Made by a program: the position numbers and the translations under genes. From a plasmid, in sequence record NZ_CP069678.1: 64,000 nt of DNA. One strand, given 5' to 3'. Under the pieces are notes generated by a model that saw only the letters and a list, made by a program, of their open reading frames with translations, ran no database searches and was not told the origin of the DNA. Below, piece after piece: positions 52,006 through 64,000 of this stretch (position 1 is its first letter; every line of letters begins with the position of its first letter).

Positions 52006-55000
52006 TTAAGCAACGTTTTCTGCCTCTGACGCCTCTTTTAATGGTCTCAGATGTCCTTTGGTCACCAGTTCTGCCAGCGTGAAGGAATAATGGCCGAGCA
52101 TATTGATATGTCCGTGGCAAAGCGGGGAGAGGCGTGCGATATCTTCATCATTCAGTGTTTCACCCTGCGCCCGGAGATGATCCAGGGCTGCCTGCATATA
52201 AATAGTGTTCCATAACACGACGGCGTTAGTGACCAGCCCCAGTGTGCCCAGTTGATCTTCCTGACCGTCGGTATATCGTTTTCTTATCTCACCTTTTTGA
52301 CCGTGACAGATGGCTCTGGCAACGGCATGGCGACTTTCTCCCCGATTAAGCTGGGTCAGAATGCGCCGGCGGTAATCTTCATCATCAATATAATTAAGCA
52401 GATACAGCGTTTTGTTGATGCGCCCCACTTCAATGATTGCCTGAGTCAGTCCGGAAGGACGTTCACTTTTCAGCAATGAACGGACCAGCACTGAAACCTG
52501 TACTTTGCCCAGCTTCAGGGAGCCAGCGGTCCGGATCATTTCGTCCCACTGAAGGACTATTTTTCGGGGATCTGATTGCCCTCTGGCAATATCATTCAGC
52601 ACGCCATAGTCGGCATCATGGTCCATTCGCCAGAAAACCGAAGCACCGGCATCAGCCAGGCGTGGAGAAAACTGGTATCCCAGCAGCCAGAAAAGGCCAA
52701 AGACAAGTTCGCTGGCACCTGCTGTATCGGTCATAATTTCGGTTGGATTCAGCCCGGTCTCCTGTTCCAGAAGACCTTCCAGCACAAAGATAGAGTCCCT
52801 CAGCGTCCCCGGTATAACGATGCCATGAAAGCCGGAATACTGATCGGACACAAAGTTGTACCAGGTGATCCCTCTGTTATTACCAAAGTATTTGCGGTTC
52901 GGTCCGGCATTGATTGTTCTGACTGGCGTAACAAAGCGCATTCCATCTGCAGATGCCACTTCTCCTCCACCCCATATCTGTGCCAGTGGCAGCGTTGCCT
53001 GAAAATCAACCAGTCTGGCATTAGCGCTGGTGATAGTTTCAGCCCGCAGATAGTTCGCTTTTGTCCAGTTCAGCCGGTGTCGGGTCAGTGCAGGAACATT
53101 TGATCTGATCAGTGGTTCCAGACCGATATTGCAGGCTTCAGCCATCAGCACGGCGCTGATGCTGACGGGCAGATCATCAACTCTGGCACTGGCTTCACTA
53201 GCATGGAAAAACTCATCAGCAAATCCGGTATGGGCGTTAATTTCGAGCAGCAACTCCGTTAAATCCACCGGAGGGAGTAGATCACTGATCATTTTGCTCA
53301 GTCGTTTCAGACTGTCCGGCTCATCAAGACTGGCGAGGGGAGAAATTGTCAACCGGGGCTTCGGGCCAGAAACATCGAGTTCGACAGCCTCATTTTCGCA
53401 AAGACGTGCAGCAACCTGTCTGTAACGACTATCAAGCTGATGACCCAGAGATTTTATTGCTTCCTGCGGGTCTGTCGGGTGCCCCAAAGAACGATAAACC
53501 TTAATCCGGTTTGCCTGCCAGTCAGCACCCTGTAGTAATCTTGCACGAGGATCTCCCCACCGGTTACTGCCGGTAACGTAGACATCCCTCCGCCTCAGAC
53601 TATCCTGCAGTTTACTGAGAAAGCAGAGCGTGTATCCCCTGCGGGTGATATGTTTTTCCTTGTTAATCACCAGCCGTTTCCATGACCGACTGATAATTTC
53701 CGTTGGTGCGTCGTCAAAAAACTGCCGCCGTGAGCTGAACTCCCGGCTGAGGTAGTCACAGGCATTCAGAGTGGTAACCCCGGCAGGTGCGGATGAAAAT
53801 TTAACGGTATTCAGCAGATGGGGCAGGAAACGACGAACGCGCCCGTACTGCTCCACCATTTCTTCATGAAAATTATCGTCTGAGGGCCGGGCAATTTCAC
53901 GGACAAGCGTGATGATTTCAGCCAGCTTTTGCCTTGGGATGTAGCTGAACACCTCAGCACGAATCGATTCGTCCGGTGTTTCTTCTTTCAGCAGGTACGA
54001 ACATGCGCTGGCGAGCGCCAATGCAGATTTATCCAGATCCTTCAGCGAGCGGAGCCGTTTTTTCTGCCCAATCTTTCTGGCGTCACGGATGATAACGGCC
54101 AGCATGGCGTCCAGAACGTCCAATGCATCATCCAGCGCCAGCGTTTCCCATGCAAGGACAAAGGCAACCAGAACCGCCATCCTTTTCTGCGGTGACATCC
54201 TGGCAATATTGAACACCGAAGTCATACCAGCATAACGTGCGAGATTTTTCAGGCGCACAGCCGGGAGTGTACTCAGGTTTTCAGCATGCAGGCCAAAATC
54301 GTTCAGAGTTTTCCAGCGTTCAATTGCTTCATTAAACGCCGGACCACTGATGGTCACAGGGCCCTTTTTCAGTGATTCCAGTAAAGACAGGCGGCTGCAA
54401 TCAGTTGGCCCCAGCAGCATCTCCAGCTGTGAACGCTGTTCGGCTGACGGTATCAGTGCCAGTTTGTTCCACAGGCGCAACGTCGCCTTTTCCCTTACCT
54501 CTGAAATCAACCGGGTCAGCGTAGTGGCTCCGGGGAGAATAATACGATGTTGCATAAGCCACCCTGTCGCCAGATCGAAAAGCAGGCCAGGACGTTCGTT
54601 GCTTATCCAGCTCCGGGTATATAAAAGACGGGTAAGGCGAAATGTCCAGGGCCAGGCAAATTCACGATACTGATAGTGCTGACGTATCAGCGCTGCATGC
54701 TCACGGCGGGTATTTTCCCTCTGACCGTATTCTGCAAGAACGGTGATATCACGAATCCCGAGCTGTCTGGCGGTAAAATGCCGGACGCCGGAAGGAATAT
54801 GATTCATATCGGTGAGGAAGGTGCCCAGAAAACGGACACATCCAATTTGCAGGGCAATGCCCAGACGGTTGTGATCACCTCTGCTTTTTCCGATAAATTC
54901 CTTGTCTGCTTCATCAAGGTGAAAATATCGTGCCAGCTGAAGCTCATCCGGTTCACCGGTGAATCTGCCATAGCTTTCAGTCTGCTCAGTGGTCAGAAAG

Positions 55001-55011
55001 TCAACGGGCAT
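52006..55011 (-). CDS. tnpA: Tn2/Tn3 transposase TnpA (1001 aa from MPVDFLTT)
   Basis: Matches the Tn3-family TnpA. The listed ORF extends 53 codons further upstream, through the res region. Confidence 0.9.
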   Translation of the reverse strand: MPVDFLTTEQTESYGRFTGEPDELQLARYFHLDEADKEFIGKSRGDHNRLGIALQIGCVRFLGTFLTDMNHIPSGVRHFTARQLGIRDITVLAEYGQRENTRREHAALIRQHYQYREFAWPWTFRLTRLLYTRSWISNERPGLLFDLATGWLMQHRIILPGATTLTRLISEVREKATLRLWNKLALIPSAEQRSQLEMLLGPTDCSRLSLLESLKKGPVTISGPAFNEAIERWKTLNDFGLHAENLSTLPAVRLKNLARYAGMTSVFNIARMSPQKRMAVLVAFVLAWETLALDDALDVLDAMLAVIIRDARKIGQKKRLRSLKDLDKSALALASACSYLLKEETPDESIRAEVFSYIPRQKLAEIITLVREIARPSDDNFHEEMVEQYGRVRRFLPHLLNTVKFSSAPAGVTTLNACDYLSREFSSRRQFFDDAPTEIISRSWKRLVINKEKHITRRGYTLCFLSKLQDSLRRRDVYVTGSNRWGDPRARLLQGADWQANRIKVYRSLGHPTDPQEAIKSLGHQLDSRYRQVAARLCENEAVELDVSGPKPRLTISPLASLDEPDSLKRLSKMISDLLPPVDLTELLLEINAHTGFADEFFHASEASARVDDLPVSISAVLMAEACNIGLEPLIRSNVPALTRHRLNWTKANYLRAETITSANARLVDFQATLPLAQIWGGGEVASADGMRFVTPVRTINAGPNRKYFGNNRGITWYNFVSDQYSGFHGIVIPGTLRDSIFVLEGLLEQETGLNPTEIMTDTAGASELVFGLFWLLGYQFSPRLADAGASVFWRMDHDADYGVLNDIARGQSDPRKIVLQWDEMIRTAGSLKLGKVQVSVLVRSLLKSERPSGLTQAIIEVGRINKTLYLLNYIDDEDYRRRILTQLNRGESRHAVARAICHGQKGEIRKRYTDGQEDQLGTLGLVTNAVVLWNTIYMQAALDHLRAQGETLNDEDIARLSPLCHGHINMLGHYSFTLAELVTKGHLRPLKEASEAENVA

Positions 55012-55072
55012 ATCGGCCTCCCTGCCTGACGGGCATTTAGTAACATTTTTCCAACCGTACGAAATGTTATAA

Positions 55073-55732
<660 letters not shown>

Positions 55733-55902
55733 TACGCCTATTTTTATAGGTTAATGTCATGATAATAATGGTTTCTTAGACGTCAGGTGGCACTTTTCGG
55801 GGAAATGTGCGCGGAACCCCTATTTGTTTATTTTTCTAAATACATTCAAATATGTATCCGCTCATGAGACAATAACCCTGGTAAATGCTTCAATAATATT
55901 GA

Positions 55903-56775
<873 letters not shown>

Positions 56776-56875
56776 CTGTCAGACCAAGTTTACTCATATA
56801 TACTTTAGATTGATTTAAAACTTCATTTTTAATTTAAAAGGATCTAGGTGAAGATCCTTTTTGATAATCTCATGA

Positions 56876-57433
<558 letters not shown>

Positions 57434-57450
57434 GGACAAGGAGGTGTGCG

Positions 57451-57813
57451 ATGAGCGCCTACACGGTATCGCAACTGGCCCATAACGCTGGGGTGAGCGT
57501 ACATATCGTGCGCGACTACCTGGTGCGCGGCTTGTTACGGCCGGTGGCCTGCACCACGGGCGGCTACGGCGTGTTCGACGATGCGGCCTTGCAACGGCTG
57601 TGCTTCGTGCGCGCGGCCTTCGAGGCGGGTATCGGCCTGGATGCCCTGGCGCGGCTGTGCCGTGCGCTCGACGCAGCGGACGGCGCACAAGCCGCAGCGC
57701 AGCTTGCCGTGCTGCGCCAGTTGGTCGAGCGGCGGCGCGCGGCGTTGGCCCATCTGGACGCGCAACTGGCCTCCATGCCAGCCGAGCGGGCGCACGAGGA
57801 GGCATTGCCGTGA
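57451..57813 (+). CDS. merD: MerD, mer operon co-regulator
   Basis: 120 aa [29 protein letters not shown]... (MerR-like HTH). Confidence 0.8.
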   Translation: MSAYTVSQLAHNAGVSVHIVRDYLVRGLLRPVACTTGGYGVFDDAALQRLCFVRAAFEAGIGLDALARLCRALDAADGAQAAAQLAVLRQLVERRRAALAHLDAQLASMPAERAHEEALP

Positions 57814-58046
57814 ACGCCCCTGACAAACTGCCGCCCGAGACGCGCCAACCCGTTTCCGGCTACCTGTGGGGTGCGCTGGCCGTGTTGACCTGCCCCTGCC
57901 ATCTGCCGATTCTCGCCGCCGTGCTGGCCGGGACGACCGCCGGTGCCTTCCTTGGCGAGCATTGGGGTGTTGCCGCGCTCGCGCTGACCGGCTTGTTCGT
58001 TCTGGCCGTAACGCGGCTGCTGCGCGCCTTCCGGGGCGGATCATGA
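57810..58046 (+). CDS. merE: MerE, small mercury transport protein (GTG start)
   Basis: 78 aa [33 protein letters not shown]... with a CPC motif. It overlaps the merD stop. Confidence 0.75.
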   Translation: MNAPDKLPPETRQPVSGYLWGALAVLTCPCHLPILAAVLAGTTAGAFLGEHWGVAALALTGLFVLAVTRLLRAFRGGS

Positions 58047-58690
58047 CGAGTTCGCAGCCCGCCGGATGGACGGCGGCCGAGTTGGCGCAGGCGGCGGCGC
58101 GCGGACAGCTTGACCTGCATTACCAGCCGCTGGTCGATCTGCGCGATCACCGGATCGCTGGCGCGGAAGCGTTGATGCGCTGGCGGCATCCGAGGCTTGG
58201 CCTGTTGCCGCCCGGCCAGTTCCTGCCGCTGGCCGAGTCGTTCGGCCTGATGCCGGAAATAGGCGCGTGGGTGCTGGGCGAGGCCTGTCGCCAGATGCAC
58301 AAGTGGCAAGGACCGGCATGGCAACCGTTCCGTCTTGCCATCAATGTGTCCGCCAGCCAGGTTGGGCCAACGTTCGACGACGAGGTAAAGCGGGTGCTGG
58401 CCGATATGGCCCTGCCCGCCGAGCTTCTGGAGATCGAACTGACCGAATCGGTCGCATTCGGCAATCCAGCCCTGTTCGCCAGTTTCGACGCCTTGCGCGC
58501 CATCGGCGTGCGCTTCGCCGCCGACGACTTCGGCACCGGCTATTCCTGCCTGCAACATCTGAAATGCTGCCCCATCACCACATTGAAAATCGACCAATCC
58601 TTTGTCGCCAGGCTCCCGGATGATGCCCGTGACCAAACTATCGTGCGGGCGGTGATCCAGCTCGCGCACGGGCTGGGCATGGATGTCATT
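58044..58690 (+). pseudogene. urf2: urf2 (EAL-domain protein of Tn21), 3' end displaced at IRt
   Basis: [33 protein letters not shown]... (EAL). The reading frame runs into IRt at 58684. Confidence 0.65.
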
Positions 58691-58708
58691 TTCAGAAGAC
58701 GACTGCAC
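58684..58708. repeat. IRt, 25-bp terminal inverted repeat of the Tn402-type class 1 integron tni module
   Basis: TGTCATTTTCAGAAGACGACTGCAC lies immediately before tniA. Confidence 0.7.
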
Positions 58709-58824
58709 CAGTTGATTGGGCGTAATGGCTGTTGTGCAGCCAGCTCCTGACAGTTCAATATCAGAAGTGATCTGCACCAATCTCGACTATGCTCAATACT
58801 CGTGTGCACCAAAGCGAGGTGAGC

Positions 58825-60076
58825 ATGGCGGCGGACACCCCACGGATTCCAGAACAAGGCGTGGCCACTCTGCCTGATGAGGCTTGGGAGCGTGCGCGCC
58901 GTCGTGCGGAGATCATCAGTCCGTTGGCGCAGTCGGAGACGGTCGGGCACGAAGCGGCCGATATGGCGGCTCAGGCGCTGGGCTTGTCTCGGCGCCAGGT
59001 ATACGTTCTGATCCGGCGTGCCCGGCAAGGCAGCGGCCTCGTGACGGATCTGGTGCCCGGCCAGTCCGGTGGAGGTAAAGGTAAGGGGCGCTTGCCGGAA
59101 CCGGTCGAGCGCGTCATCCACGAGCTACTGCAAAAGCGGTTCCTGACCAAGCAGAAGCGCAGCCTAGCGGCCTTTCACCGCGAAGTCACTCAGGTGTGCA
59201 AGGCTCAAAAACTGCGAGTGCCGGCGCGCAATACCGTGGCCTTACGGATCGCTAGCCTTGACCCGCGCAAGGTCATCCGCCGGCGGGAAGGCCAGGATGC
59301 CGCTCGTGACCTACAAGGTGTGGGCGGCGAGCCTCCTGCCGTGACCGCGCCGCTGGAGCAGGTGCAGATAGACCATACGGTCATCGACCTGATCGTGGTC
59401 GATGACCGCGACCGGCAACCTATTGGCCGCCCGTACCTGACCCTCGCCATCGACGTGTTCACCCGCTGCGTGCTCGGCATGGTCGTCACGCTGGAAGCGC
59501 CGTCTGCCGTTTCGGTTGGCCTGTGCCTCGTGCATGTCGCCTGCGACAAGCGCCCTTGGCTGGAAGGACTGAACGTGGAAATGGATTGGCAGATGAGCGG
59601 CAAGCCCTTGCTGCTCTACCTAGACAACGCGGCCGAGTTCAAGAGCGAGGCCCTGCGCCGGGGTTGCGAGCAGCATGGCATCCGGCTGGACTATCGCCCG
59701 CTGGGACAGCCGCACTATGGCGGCATCGTGGAACGGATCATCGGCACGGCGATGCAGATGATTCACGACGAACTGCCGGGAACGACCTTCTCCAACCCTG
59801 ACCAGCGCGGCGACTACGATTCCGAAAACAAGGCCGCCCTGACGCTGCGCGAGCTAGAGCGCTGGCTCACATTGGCGGTCGGCACCTACCACGGTTCGGT
59901 GCACAACGGCCTGCTCCAACCGCCGGCCGCGCGCTGGGCCGAGGCCGTGGCGCGTGTCGGCGTACCGGCCGTCGTCACACGCGCTACTTCGTTCCTGGTC
60001 GATTTTCTGCCGATCCTCCGGCGCACGCTGACCCGCACCGGCTTTGTCATCGACCACATCCACTACTACGCCGATG
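58825..60076 (+). pseudogene. tniA: tniA (Tn402/Tn5053 transposase), truncated by IS26
   Basis: MAADTPRIPEQGVATLPDEAWERARRR... DDE transposase. The last ~140 codons are missing. IS26 IRL begins at 60077. Confidence 0.8.
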
Positions 60077-60896
60077 GGCACTGTTGCAAATAGTCGGTGG
60101 TGATAAACTTATCATCCCCTTTTGCTGATGGAGCTGCACATGAACCCATTCAAAGGCCGGCATTTTCAGCGTGACATCATTCTGTGGGCCGTACGCTGGT
60201 ACTGCAAATACGGCATCAGTTACCGTGAGCTGCAGGAGATGCTGGCTGAACGCGGAGTGAATGTCGATCACTCCACGATTTACCGCTGGGTTCAGCGTTA
60301 TGCGCCTGAAATGGAAAAACGGCTGCGCTGGTACTGGCGTAACCCTTCCGATCTTTGCCCGTGGCACATGGATGAAACCTACGTGAAGGTCAATGGCCGC
60401 TGGGCGTATCTGTACCGGGCCGTCGACAGCCGGGGCCGCACTGTCGATTTTTATCTCTCCTCCCGTCGTAACAGCAAAGCTGCATACCGGTTTCTGGGTA
60501 AAATCCTCAACAACGTGAAGAAGTGGCAGATCCCGCGATTCATCAACACGGATAAAGCGCCCGCCTATGGTCGCGCGCTTGCTCTGCTCAAACGCGAAGG
60601 CCGGTGCCCGTCTGACGTTGAACACCGACAGATTAAGTACCGGAACAACGTGATTGAATGCGATCATGGCAAACTGAAACGGATAATCGGCGCCACGCTG
60701 GGATTTAAATCCATGAAGACGGCTTACGCCACCATCAAAGGTATTGAGGTGATGCGTGCACTACGCAAAGGCCAGGCCTCAGCATTTTATTATGGTGATC
60801 CCCTGGGCGAAATGCGCCTGGTAAGCAGAGTTTTTGAAATGTAAGGCCTTTGAATAAGACAAAAGGCTGCCTCATCGCTAACTTTGCAACAGTGCC
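60077..60896 (+). mobile_element. IS26 (820 bp)
   Basis: 14-bp IRs GGCACTGTTGCAAA at 60077 and reverse-complemented at 60883-60896. Tnp26 at 60140-60844. Confidence 0.9.
60140..60844 (+). CDS. tnpA: IS26 transposase Tnp26 (234 aa)
   Basis: MNPFKGRHFQRDIILWAVRWYCKYGISYREL... matches Tnp26. Confidence 0.9.
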   Translation: MNPFKGRHFQRDIILWAVRWYCKYGISYRELQEMLAERGVNVDHSTIYRWVQRYAPEMEKRLRWYWRNPSDLCPWHMDETYVKVNGRWAYLYRAVDSRGRTVDFYLSSRRNSKAAYRFLGKILNNVKKWQIPRFINTDKAPAYGRALALLKREGRCPSDVEHRQIKYRNNVIECDHGKLKRIIGATLGFKSMKTAYATIKGIEVMRALRKGQASAFYYGDPLGEMRLVSRVFEM

Positions 60897-60901
60897 CATT
60901 T

Positions 60902-61057
60902 ATGAATGTTCCTGTTATGGCTTATGTTCAAGAAAGCATTGCCCCTGAAATGATGGGCAAGGTGTTTTCCCTTTTGATGACCGCCATGACTCTTTCTATG
61001 CCGATAGGCTTACTTGTTGCAGGTCCGGTTGTTGAGGTTATAGGTGTTAATACATGA
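60902..61057 (+). pseudogene. mef(B): 3' fragment of an MFS macrolide-efflux gene (mef(B)-like), cut by IS26
   Basis: 51 C-terminal codons ...MGKVFSLLMTAMTLSMPIGLLVAGPVVEVIGVNT* directly abut the IS26 IRR. Confidence 0.5.
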
Positions 61058-61301
61058 TTTTTCTGGTCTGGTGTTGCGTTGATAGTAAACGCTGTTCTCT
61101 GCCGCATTCTGACACGACGCTATGACAAAGTAACAATGAAACCGCAAGTGGACTGAAAAAAGGACCGGGTTGATGATAATTTGTAGTGGTGAGCTTCTGG
61201 GAGTACAAAACAAAGTGCTCAAAATTGTCGGGCTCATGGCGTTTAACGGTATTAATTTCGCTTATAATAATCTTTCTATAATAGCCTAAAGGAGAATATC
61301 T

Positions 61302-62165
61302 ATGATACCTAATAGCGAAAATAAAAGAGTATGGTTTATTACCGGAGCAAGCAAGGGGCTTGGCTATGCTTTTACATGCGCCGCCTTGAAAGCCGGGGAT
61401 AAAGTTGTTGCAGTTGCAAGGACTATCGATAATTTGGCGAAGCTAGAAGAAACATATCAAGAGAGCTTACTGCCATTAAACCTCGATGTTACAGATAGGG
61501 AGGCTGTTTTTTCTACGGTTGAAACAGCAGTTAAACATTTCGGTAGGCTTGATATTGTTGTTAATAATGCGGGTATCATGACTATGGGTATGATTGAAGA
61601 ACTAAACGAATCCGATGCTCGGAAACTAATGGACACAAACTTTTTTGGAGCTCTTTGGGTTTGTCAGGCAGTGATGCCCTATTTGAGGTCGCAGCGTTCT
61701 GGACATATCATACAGATTACAAGCATTGGCGCTATTATCTCGGGTCCGATGTCTGGTATTTACAGTGCAAGTAAATTTGCGCTGGAAGGAATGAGTGAAG
61801 CCTTAGCAAAAGAAGCGGAACATTTCGGAGTGAAACTCACTATGGTGGAACCAGGAGGATATTGGACAGATTTATACACTTCGATGAGTTACAGCAATCC
61901 ATTAGATTCATACGGTACACTGCGCGATGAGCTGGCGAAACAGTATTCCGAAGATTCGGTCGATAGTGATCCTTCCTTGGCAGCGGAAGCCCTTATGAAA
62001 TTAGTAGCCAGCAATAATCCGCCTTTGAGGCTTATCCTTGGCAGCATGGTATACGATTTGGCGATGGATACCTTAAAAGCACGGATGGCTACCTGGGAAG
62101 AATGGGAAGCTGTTAGCCGTGCATCAGAAAAGGCTATTCCTGCACCGGAGAGATATGGAGTATAA
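61302..62165 (+). CDS. short-chain dehydrogenase/reductase (yusZ-like) of the sul3 context
   Basis: 287 aa with TGASKGLG (a TGxxxGxG-type motif), NNAG, and the S...YxxxK catalytic triad (SIGAI...YSASK). Confidence 0.7.
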   Translation: MIPNSENKRVWFITGASKGLGYAFTCAALKAGDKVVAVARTIDNLAKLEETYQESLLPLNLDVTDREAVFSTVETAVKHFGRLDIVVNNAGIMTMGMIEELNESDARKLMDTNFFGALWVCQAVMPYLRSQRSGHIIQITSIGAIISGPMSGIYSASKFALEGMSEALAKEAEHFGVKLTMVEPGGYWTDLYTSMSYSNPLDSYGTLRDELAKQYSEDSVDSDPSLAAEALMKLVASNNPPLRLILGSMVYDLAMDTLKARMATWEEWEAVSRASEKAIPAPERYGV

Positions 62166-62202
62166 TACCAAACATGGTTTTTGAGGCAAGGACGAAACTA
62201 TC

Positions 62203-62448
62203 ATGAAAATTGAAATTATGGAATATAACCCGGATTGGACAAAGAATTTTGAAGAAGAGAAAATAAAATTGCTCCATTTTTTCGGTTCTCATGCCGTAGC
62301 CATTGAACATATCGGAAGCACGGCGATACCCAATCAACGGGCGAAACCGGTTATAGATATATTTATTGGCGTTTCGCCTTTTGCTGAACTACCTTTTATC
62401 AGCGCATTTTTAATGCAAAGGAGTATCACCACACTCCGACAGATATGA
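62203..62448 (+). pseudogene. GrpB/nucleotidyltransferase-like fragment (yqkA-like) of the sul3 context
   Basis: 81 aa MKIEIMEYNPDWTKNFEEEKIKLLHFFGSHAVAIEHIGSTAIP... The GrpB N-terminal region is followed by a premature end. Confidence 0.45.
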
Positions 62449-62916
62449 CAGGCAGATATTTGTTTGCAAAATATACAAATGAAGTTTGGACCCATAATCT
62501 TCTTGCTTTGGTGTAGGTATAATACCCAAAAACGAAGTTTATGCGGAACAGGATAACACCTCGAAATCGGAGTTTATATGGCTTCGTGGGGGAGTTATGT
62601 GTTTGAGCTTTGTCGCATTAACGCGAATCAGGGGTTGACGGCAGAAATAGACTGGAATTACACTTCTTGGAGTCGGCGTTGCCGGAAAATTCTGATTGGA
62701 TTAGTTGTTCGGGGTGCGAAAACAGTCGTAGTTCGGGGAAAAAACCGAATTTTGACCCAAAACCGCGAAAAACTCGAAATGACAGTTCCTATCAGTTTTC
62801 ATAATGAATTAAAACAAAAAAATTAGGCTGCAAAGATAGGGAAAATGTGTCAATTTGCGTAAGTGATAATTAGTCAATTAAGATAAATGCTACTTTTGTA
62901 ATCAAAGCAAAATGAT

Positions 62917-63708
62917 ATGAGCAAGATTTTTGGAATCGTAAATATAACCACCGATAGTTTTTCCGATGGAGGACTTTATTTAGATACAGATAAGGCAATT
63001 GAGCATGCTCTGCATTTGGTTGAAGATGGAGCAGATGTGATTGATTTGGGAGCCGCTTCCAGTAATCCTGATACAACTGAAGTGGGCGTTGTGGAAGAAA
63101 TCAAAAGACTCAAACCTGTCATTAAGGCTTTAAAAGAAAAAGGCATTTCTATTTCTGTTGATACATTTAAACCTGAGGTTCAGAGTTTTTGCATAGAACA
63201 AAAGGTTGATTTTATTAATGATATTCAAGGTTTTCCTTATCCTGAGATTTATTCAGGCTTGGCAAAGTCAGATTGCAAACTTGTGTTGATGCACTCCGTT
63301 CAGCGAATTGGTGCAGCTACTAAAGTTGAAACGAATCCGGAAGAGGTTTTTACTTCCATGATGGAATTTTTTAAAGAAAGAATTGCTGCTTTAGTTGAGG
63401 CTGGTGTAAAGCGTGAACGAATTATTCTTGATCCGGGTATGGGCTTCTTTTTAGGCTCTAATCCAGAAACATCTATTCTTGTTTTGAAGCGTTTCCCTGA
63501 AATTCAAGAAGCTTTTAATTTGCAAGTAATGATTGCAGTGTCACGGAAATCATTCTTAGGTAAAATAACTGGAACCGATGTGAAATCTCGTTTAGCACCA
63601 ACTCTTGCAGCAGAAATGTATGCATACAAAAAAGGTGCAGATTATCTCCGCACCCATGATGTTAAGTCTTTATCAGATGCCTTGAAAATATCCAAAGCCC
63701 TAGGTTAG
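62917..63708 (+). CDS. sul3: Sul3, sulfonamide-resistant dihydropteroate synthase
   Basis: 263 aa MSKIFGIVNITTDSFSDGGLYLDTDKAIEHALHLVEDGADVIDLGAASSNP... Pterin-binding DHPS fold, visibly AT-rich. Confidence 0.9.
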   Translation: MSKIFGIVNITTDSFSDGGLYLDTDKAIEHALHLVEDGADVIDLGAASSNPDTTEVGVVEEIKRLKPVIKALKEKGISISVDTFKPEVQSFCIEQKVDFINDIQGFPYPEIYSGLAKSDCKLVLMHSVQRIGAATKVETNPEEVFTSMMEFFKERIAALVEAGVKRERIILDPGMGFFLGSNPETSILVLKRFPEIQEAFNLQVMIAVSRKSFLGKITGTDVKSRLAPTLAAEMYAYKKGADYLRTHDVKSLSDALKISKALG

Positions 63709-63710
63709 TT

Positions 63711-63986
63711 TTATTTTTTTAGCTTTCTAAATGAATATGCTATACTTGCTCTGAAGTTGTGTTGGCGTACTTGACTTAGGTCTGGATCTTTCGAACTGTT
63801 ACTAAGAGGGTAATCATAGCCAAACATAAACTGGAAATGTCCTAATTCTAAACCTGTTCCAATACCTACACTATAATCAAGAGGACTTAAACTTCCATCA
63901 CTTCCAAAAGGTTTTGTGTACTTCTCTTGAGTTTTCGTAGCTAAATAGTAGTGTTTGTTGGTAAATCCAAATAATCCAATATTCAA
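63711..63986 (-). CDS. hypothetical ORF downstream of sul3 (partial, runs off the window)
   Basis: 91 C-terminal codons. Position corresponds to the orf that follows sul3 in the known sul3 context. Confidence 0.3.
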   Translation of the reverse strand: MNIGLFGFTNKHYYLATKTQEKYTKPFGSDGSLSPLDYSVGIGTGLELGHFQFMFGYDYPLSNSSKDPDLSQVRQHNFRASIAYSFRKLKK

Positions 63987-64000
63987 TCTTGCGACCGGGA

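Overview
The window is a mosaic conjugative-plasmid segment of the Escherichia coli ColV/ColBM virulence-plasmid type, joined to a multidrug-resistance region. It also holds one orphan candidate phage-defence gene.

From left to right the window contains:
- The RepFIB replicon: repA (GTG start exactly at position 1), its iterons and the adjacent integrase gene.
- A visibly AT-rich mig-14-like/hlyF pair, followed by plasmid ompT.
- IS3-family debris and the etsABC tripartite efflux operon.
- A small AT-rich islet with an IS200 remnant, an orphan HEPN/Abi_C-like gene and a decayed IS481-family transposase.
- An orphan COG0523 (CobW-like) GTPase.
- A nested IS stack: IS3 inside IS2 inside an IS110-family remnant.
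- IS10 copy A, then iss (a lambda bor homologue), a lambda-like lipoprotein remnant, an IS481-like pseudogene and the complete salmochelin locus iroBCDEN with Fur boxes.
- A class-I DAHP synthase whose promoter carries a near-consensus Fur box, then a decayed toxin-antitoxin pair.
- The colicin V export genes cvaA and cvaB, IS10 copy B (inverted relative to copy A), and cvaC-cvi with a Fur box.
- A decayed sugar-type module: Gfo/Idh/MocA pseudogene, an 89-aa SemiSWEET and a truncated flavin oxidoreductase.

The window then passes abruptly into a resistance region:
- A truncated IS66-family element.
- Tn2 (tnpA, tnpR, blaTEM-1) with no target-site duplication.
- A Tn21-derived mer remnant (merA', merD, merE, urf2'), the IRt terminal repeat and tniA'.
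- IS26, then the sul3 context (mef(B) fragment, yusZ-like SDR, yqkA-like fragment, sul3, partial orf).

The most notable points:
- Two IS10 copies, each with its own intact 9-bp duplication, bracket a roughly 23-kb iss-iro-cvaAB segment like a composite transposon.
- A Fur-controlled plasmid DAHP synthase sits beside the catecholate-siderophore genes.
- The orphan HEPN/Abi_C-like gene and the SemiSWEET-oxidoreductase remnant module have no obvious described role here.
- The Tn2 junctions (IS66 tnpC on one side, merA on the other) record a deletion or recombination.

No rRNA, tRNA or CRISPR features were seen.
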